A stretch of DNA of 64,000 nucleotides from the NCBI GenBank assembly GCA_002840305.1, contig PHAI01000002.1, positions 74,707-138,706 of the forward strand. The letters are read 5' to 3'. Within the stretch, counting starts at the first letter, position 1. Every line of letters starts with the position of its first letter. A model generated the notes under the pieces. The model worked only from the letters and a program-made list of their open reading frames with translations, was not told the origin of the DNA and did no database searches. Origin of the DNA: Candidatus Falkowbacteria bacterium HGW-Falkowbacteria-1. Lineage in GTDB: Bacteria; Patescibacteriota; Patescibacteriia; Patescibacteriales; UBA12465. The translations under genes and the position numbers were made by a program. Positions 62,749 through 64,000 of this stretch are shown here, piece after piece.

Positions 62749-62799
62749 TTTTTCGTCATTTTGGTTTTATGTTAAATTACTATTATTTTACAGAACCGT

Positions 62800-63606
62800 T
62801 TATATTAACACAAAAGTAAAAAAAATCAATAGCCCTATTAAAATTCTATACCAAGCAAAAACTTTAAAATTATTTTTTTTAATAAAATTAAGTAAAAATT
62901 TTATAGAAACTATTGCTACTAAAAACGAAACTATAAATCCAATAATCAAAAATATCAACTCTTCCCTACTAAAGCTAAAACCGGATTTAATTAAATCAAG
63001 ACCAGAGGCAGCGGCCATTGTAGGGATGGCAAGTAAAAAAGAAAATTCAACAATAGCTCTCCGGCTTATTCCCAAAAAAAGACCACCAAAAATAGTAGCG
63101 GCCGACCTAGAAACGCCTGGTATCATCGCTATAGATTGAAAAAGACCAATATAAAAACATTTTTTATAACTAATTTCATCAATAAAATCTTTTTGCTCTA
63201 CACTTTTTACTGCTTTTTTCCGATTTTCATAATAGTTTTCTAAAAAAATGATTGCTATGCCACCCAAAAAAAGAGCCAAGGAAATTATTAAAAAACTTTC
63301 TTGAAAAAAATTTTTTACTATCTTATAAAAAACTAAACCCAAGACGGCCGTCGGAATAAAAGCTATTAATATCTTTTTAAAATAAGACAAAAAATTATTA
63401 ATAATTTTTTTCCAATACAAAAAAACAACCGCTAAGATAGAGGCGAGCTGAATTATAATAATGAAACTTTTTGTAAAATCATTAAGTTCCATTTTTAATA
63501 ATTGAGCACCTACTAAAAGATGGGCAGTTGATGAAATTGGTAAAAATTCAGTAAACCCCTGTATTATACCAAGCAGTAAGGATTTGAAATAAAAATATTC
63601 AATCAT
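62800..63606 (-). CDS. uppP: Undecaprenyl-diphosphate phosphatase
   Basis: It shows GIIQGFTEFLPISSTAHL and PGVSRSAATI. Confidence 0.92.
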   Translation of the reverse strand: MIEYFYFKSLLLGIIQGFTEFLPISSTAHLLVGAQLLKMELNDFTKSFIIIIQLASILAVVFLYWKKIINNFLSYFKKILIAFIPTAVLGLVFYKIVKNFFQESFLIISLALFLGGIAIIFLENYYENRKKAVKSVEQKDFIDEISYKKCFYIGLFQSIAMIPGVSRSAATIFGGLFLGISRRAIVEFSFLLAIPTMAAASGLDLIKSGFSFSREELIFLIIGFIVSFLVAIVSIKFLLNFIKKNNFKVFAWYRILIGLLIFFTFVLI

Positions 63607-63617
63607 TGTCCTACTTT

Positions 63618-64000
63618 TTAATCAATATTTCGACTAGCTATTTCTCTAAGTATTATATTGCGATCTTGACCATATTTATATCGACTTAACTGTCTAACAT
63701 TTTTTGACATCCCTTCTCTAAATTCTCCCATTAAAGGCCAAATTGTTTGTAAAGAAAATGGTCTAGTGCTTTGACCATCAACCAACAGCTTAACAAAGCC
63801 ACCCCTACCAACATTCACCAAGTCATATTCATTAAATACTGGTCCGAACTCTTTAACCAAAAATTCAGAATCTTCAGATCCAACTCTAAAGCTGACCATG
63901 GTACCAACGTTACCGAAAACAGCATCTTTTATTTCTGTATCTTGGTTTTTACTAAGTTGACCTATATACTGATGAGCAATATTTAAACACAGGGCATATT
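63618..64000 (-). CDS. C-terminal part of a P-loop NTPase, TraD/VirD4 coupling-protein-like (partial; N-terminus lies beyond the right edge)
   Basis: The frame stays open upstream of the track's Met (hand-translated ...LNIAHQYIGQLSKNQDTEIKDAVFGNVGTMVSFRVGSEDSEFL...). The HQ...QL / GN.GT...FRVG pattern resembles T4SS coupling/FtsK-HerA-type ATPases. The family call is tentative. Confidence 0.45.
   Translation of the reverse strand, partial: YALCLNIAHQYIGQLSKNQDTEIKDAVFGNVGTMVSFRVGSEDSEFLVKEFGPVFNEYDLVNVGRGGFVKLLVDGQSTRPFSLQTIWPLMGEFREGMSKNVRQLSRYKYGQDRNIILREIASRNID

Noticed and set aside
1-64000. Alternative genetic code (UGA or UAG reassignment), as seen in some candidate phyla
   Set aside because: Conserved genes (uvrA, pyrG, serS, lysS, gltX) read through at full length in the standard code, with no internal stops requiring reassignment.

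Overview
This is an AT-rich window (roughly one-third GC by eye) that is very tightly packed and mostly coded on the minus strand. Long ORFs read cleanly in the standard code. The K/N/I-rich proteome, reduced repair proteins, giant pilin and lack of metabolic operons fit a small-genome Patescibacteria/CPR-like bacterium; that placement is inference, since no marker search was possible.

Backbone genes:
- Edge and cell envelope: a xer-type recombinase at the left edge, ftsQ-like, alr, murI, uppP.
- Translation and information processing: serS, dnaX, csp, engB, tRNA-Gln(CUG), lysS, greA, rnhB, gltX, tsaC, rsmI, and secE-nusG-rplK-[extra ORF]-rplA.
- Repair: uvrC and uvrA.
- Other: IMPDH-family enzyme, corA, pyrG, S41 protease, cvpA.

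Accessory or unusual content:
- A 774-aa type IV pilin fused to about 14 Asp-box propeller blades.
- Two neighbouring small-protein genes between uvrC and uvrA that share an identical consensus promoter and a 134-bp leader.
- A UvrD-type helicase with an inserted DEDDh exonuclease.
- A translationally coupled DUF1295-DUF2177-TspO trio with a pyrimidine-dimer-glycosylase-like gene immediately downstream.
- An RGG plus double CxxC-x17-CxxC zinc-ribbon protein next to csp.
- A secreted Kazal-like protein.
- A TagA-Nudix fusion.
- A Wzx/Wzy-type glycan cluster.
- Two GC-rich, lysine-poor lipoproteins.

No rRNA, CRISPR array, transposase or prophage genes were seen. Many transcription units are delimited by textbook TTGACA-17-TATAAT promoters and hairpin plus T-run terminators.
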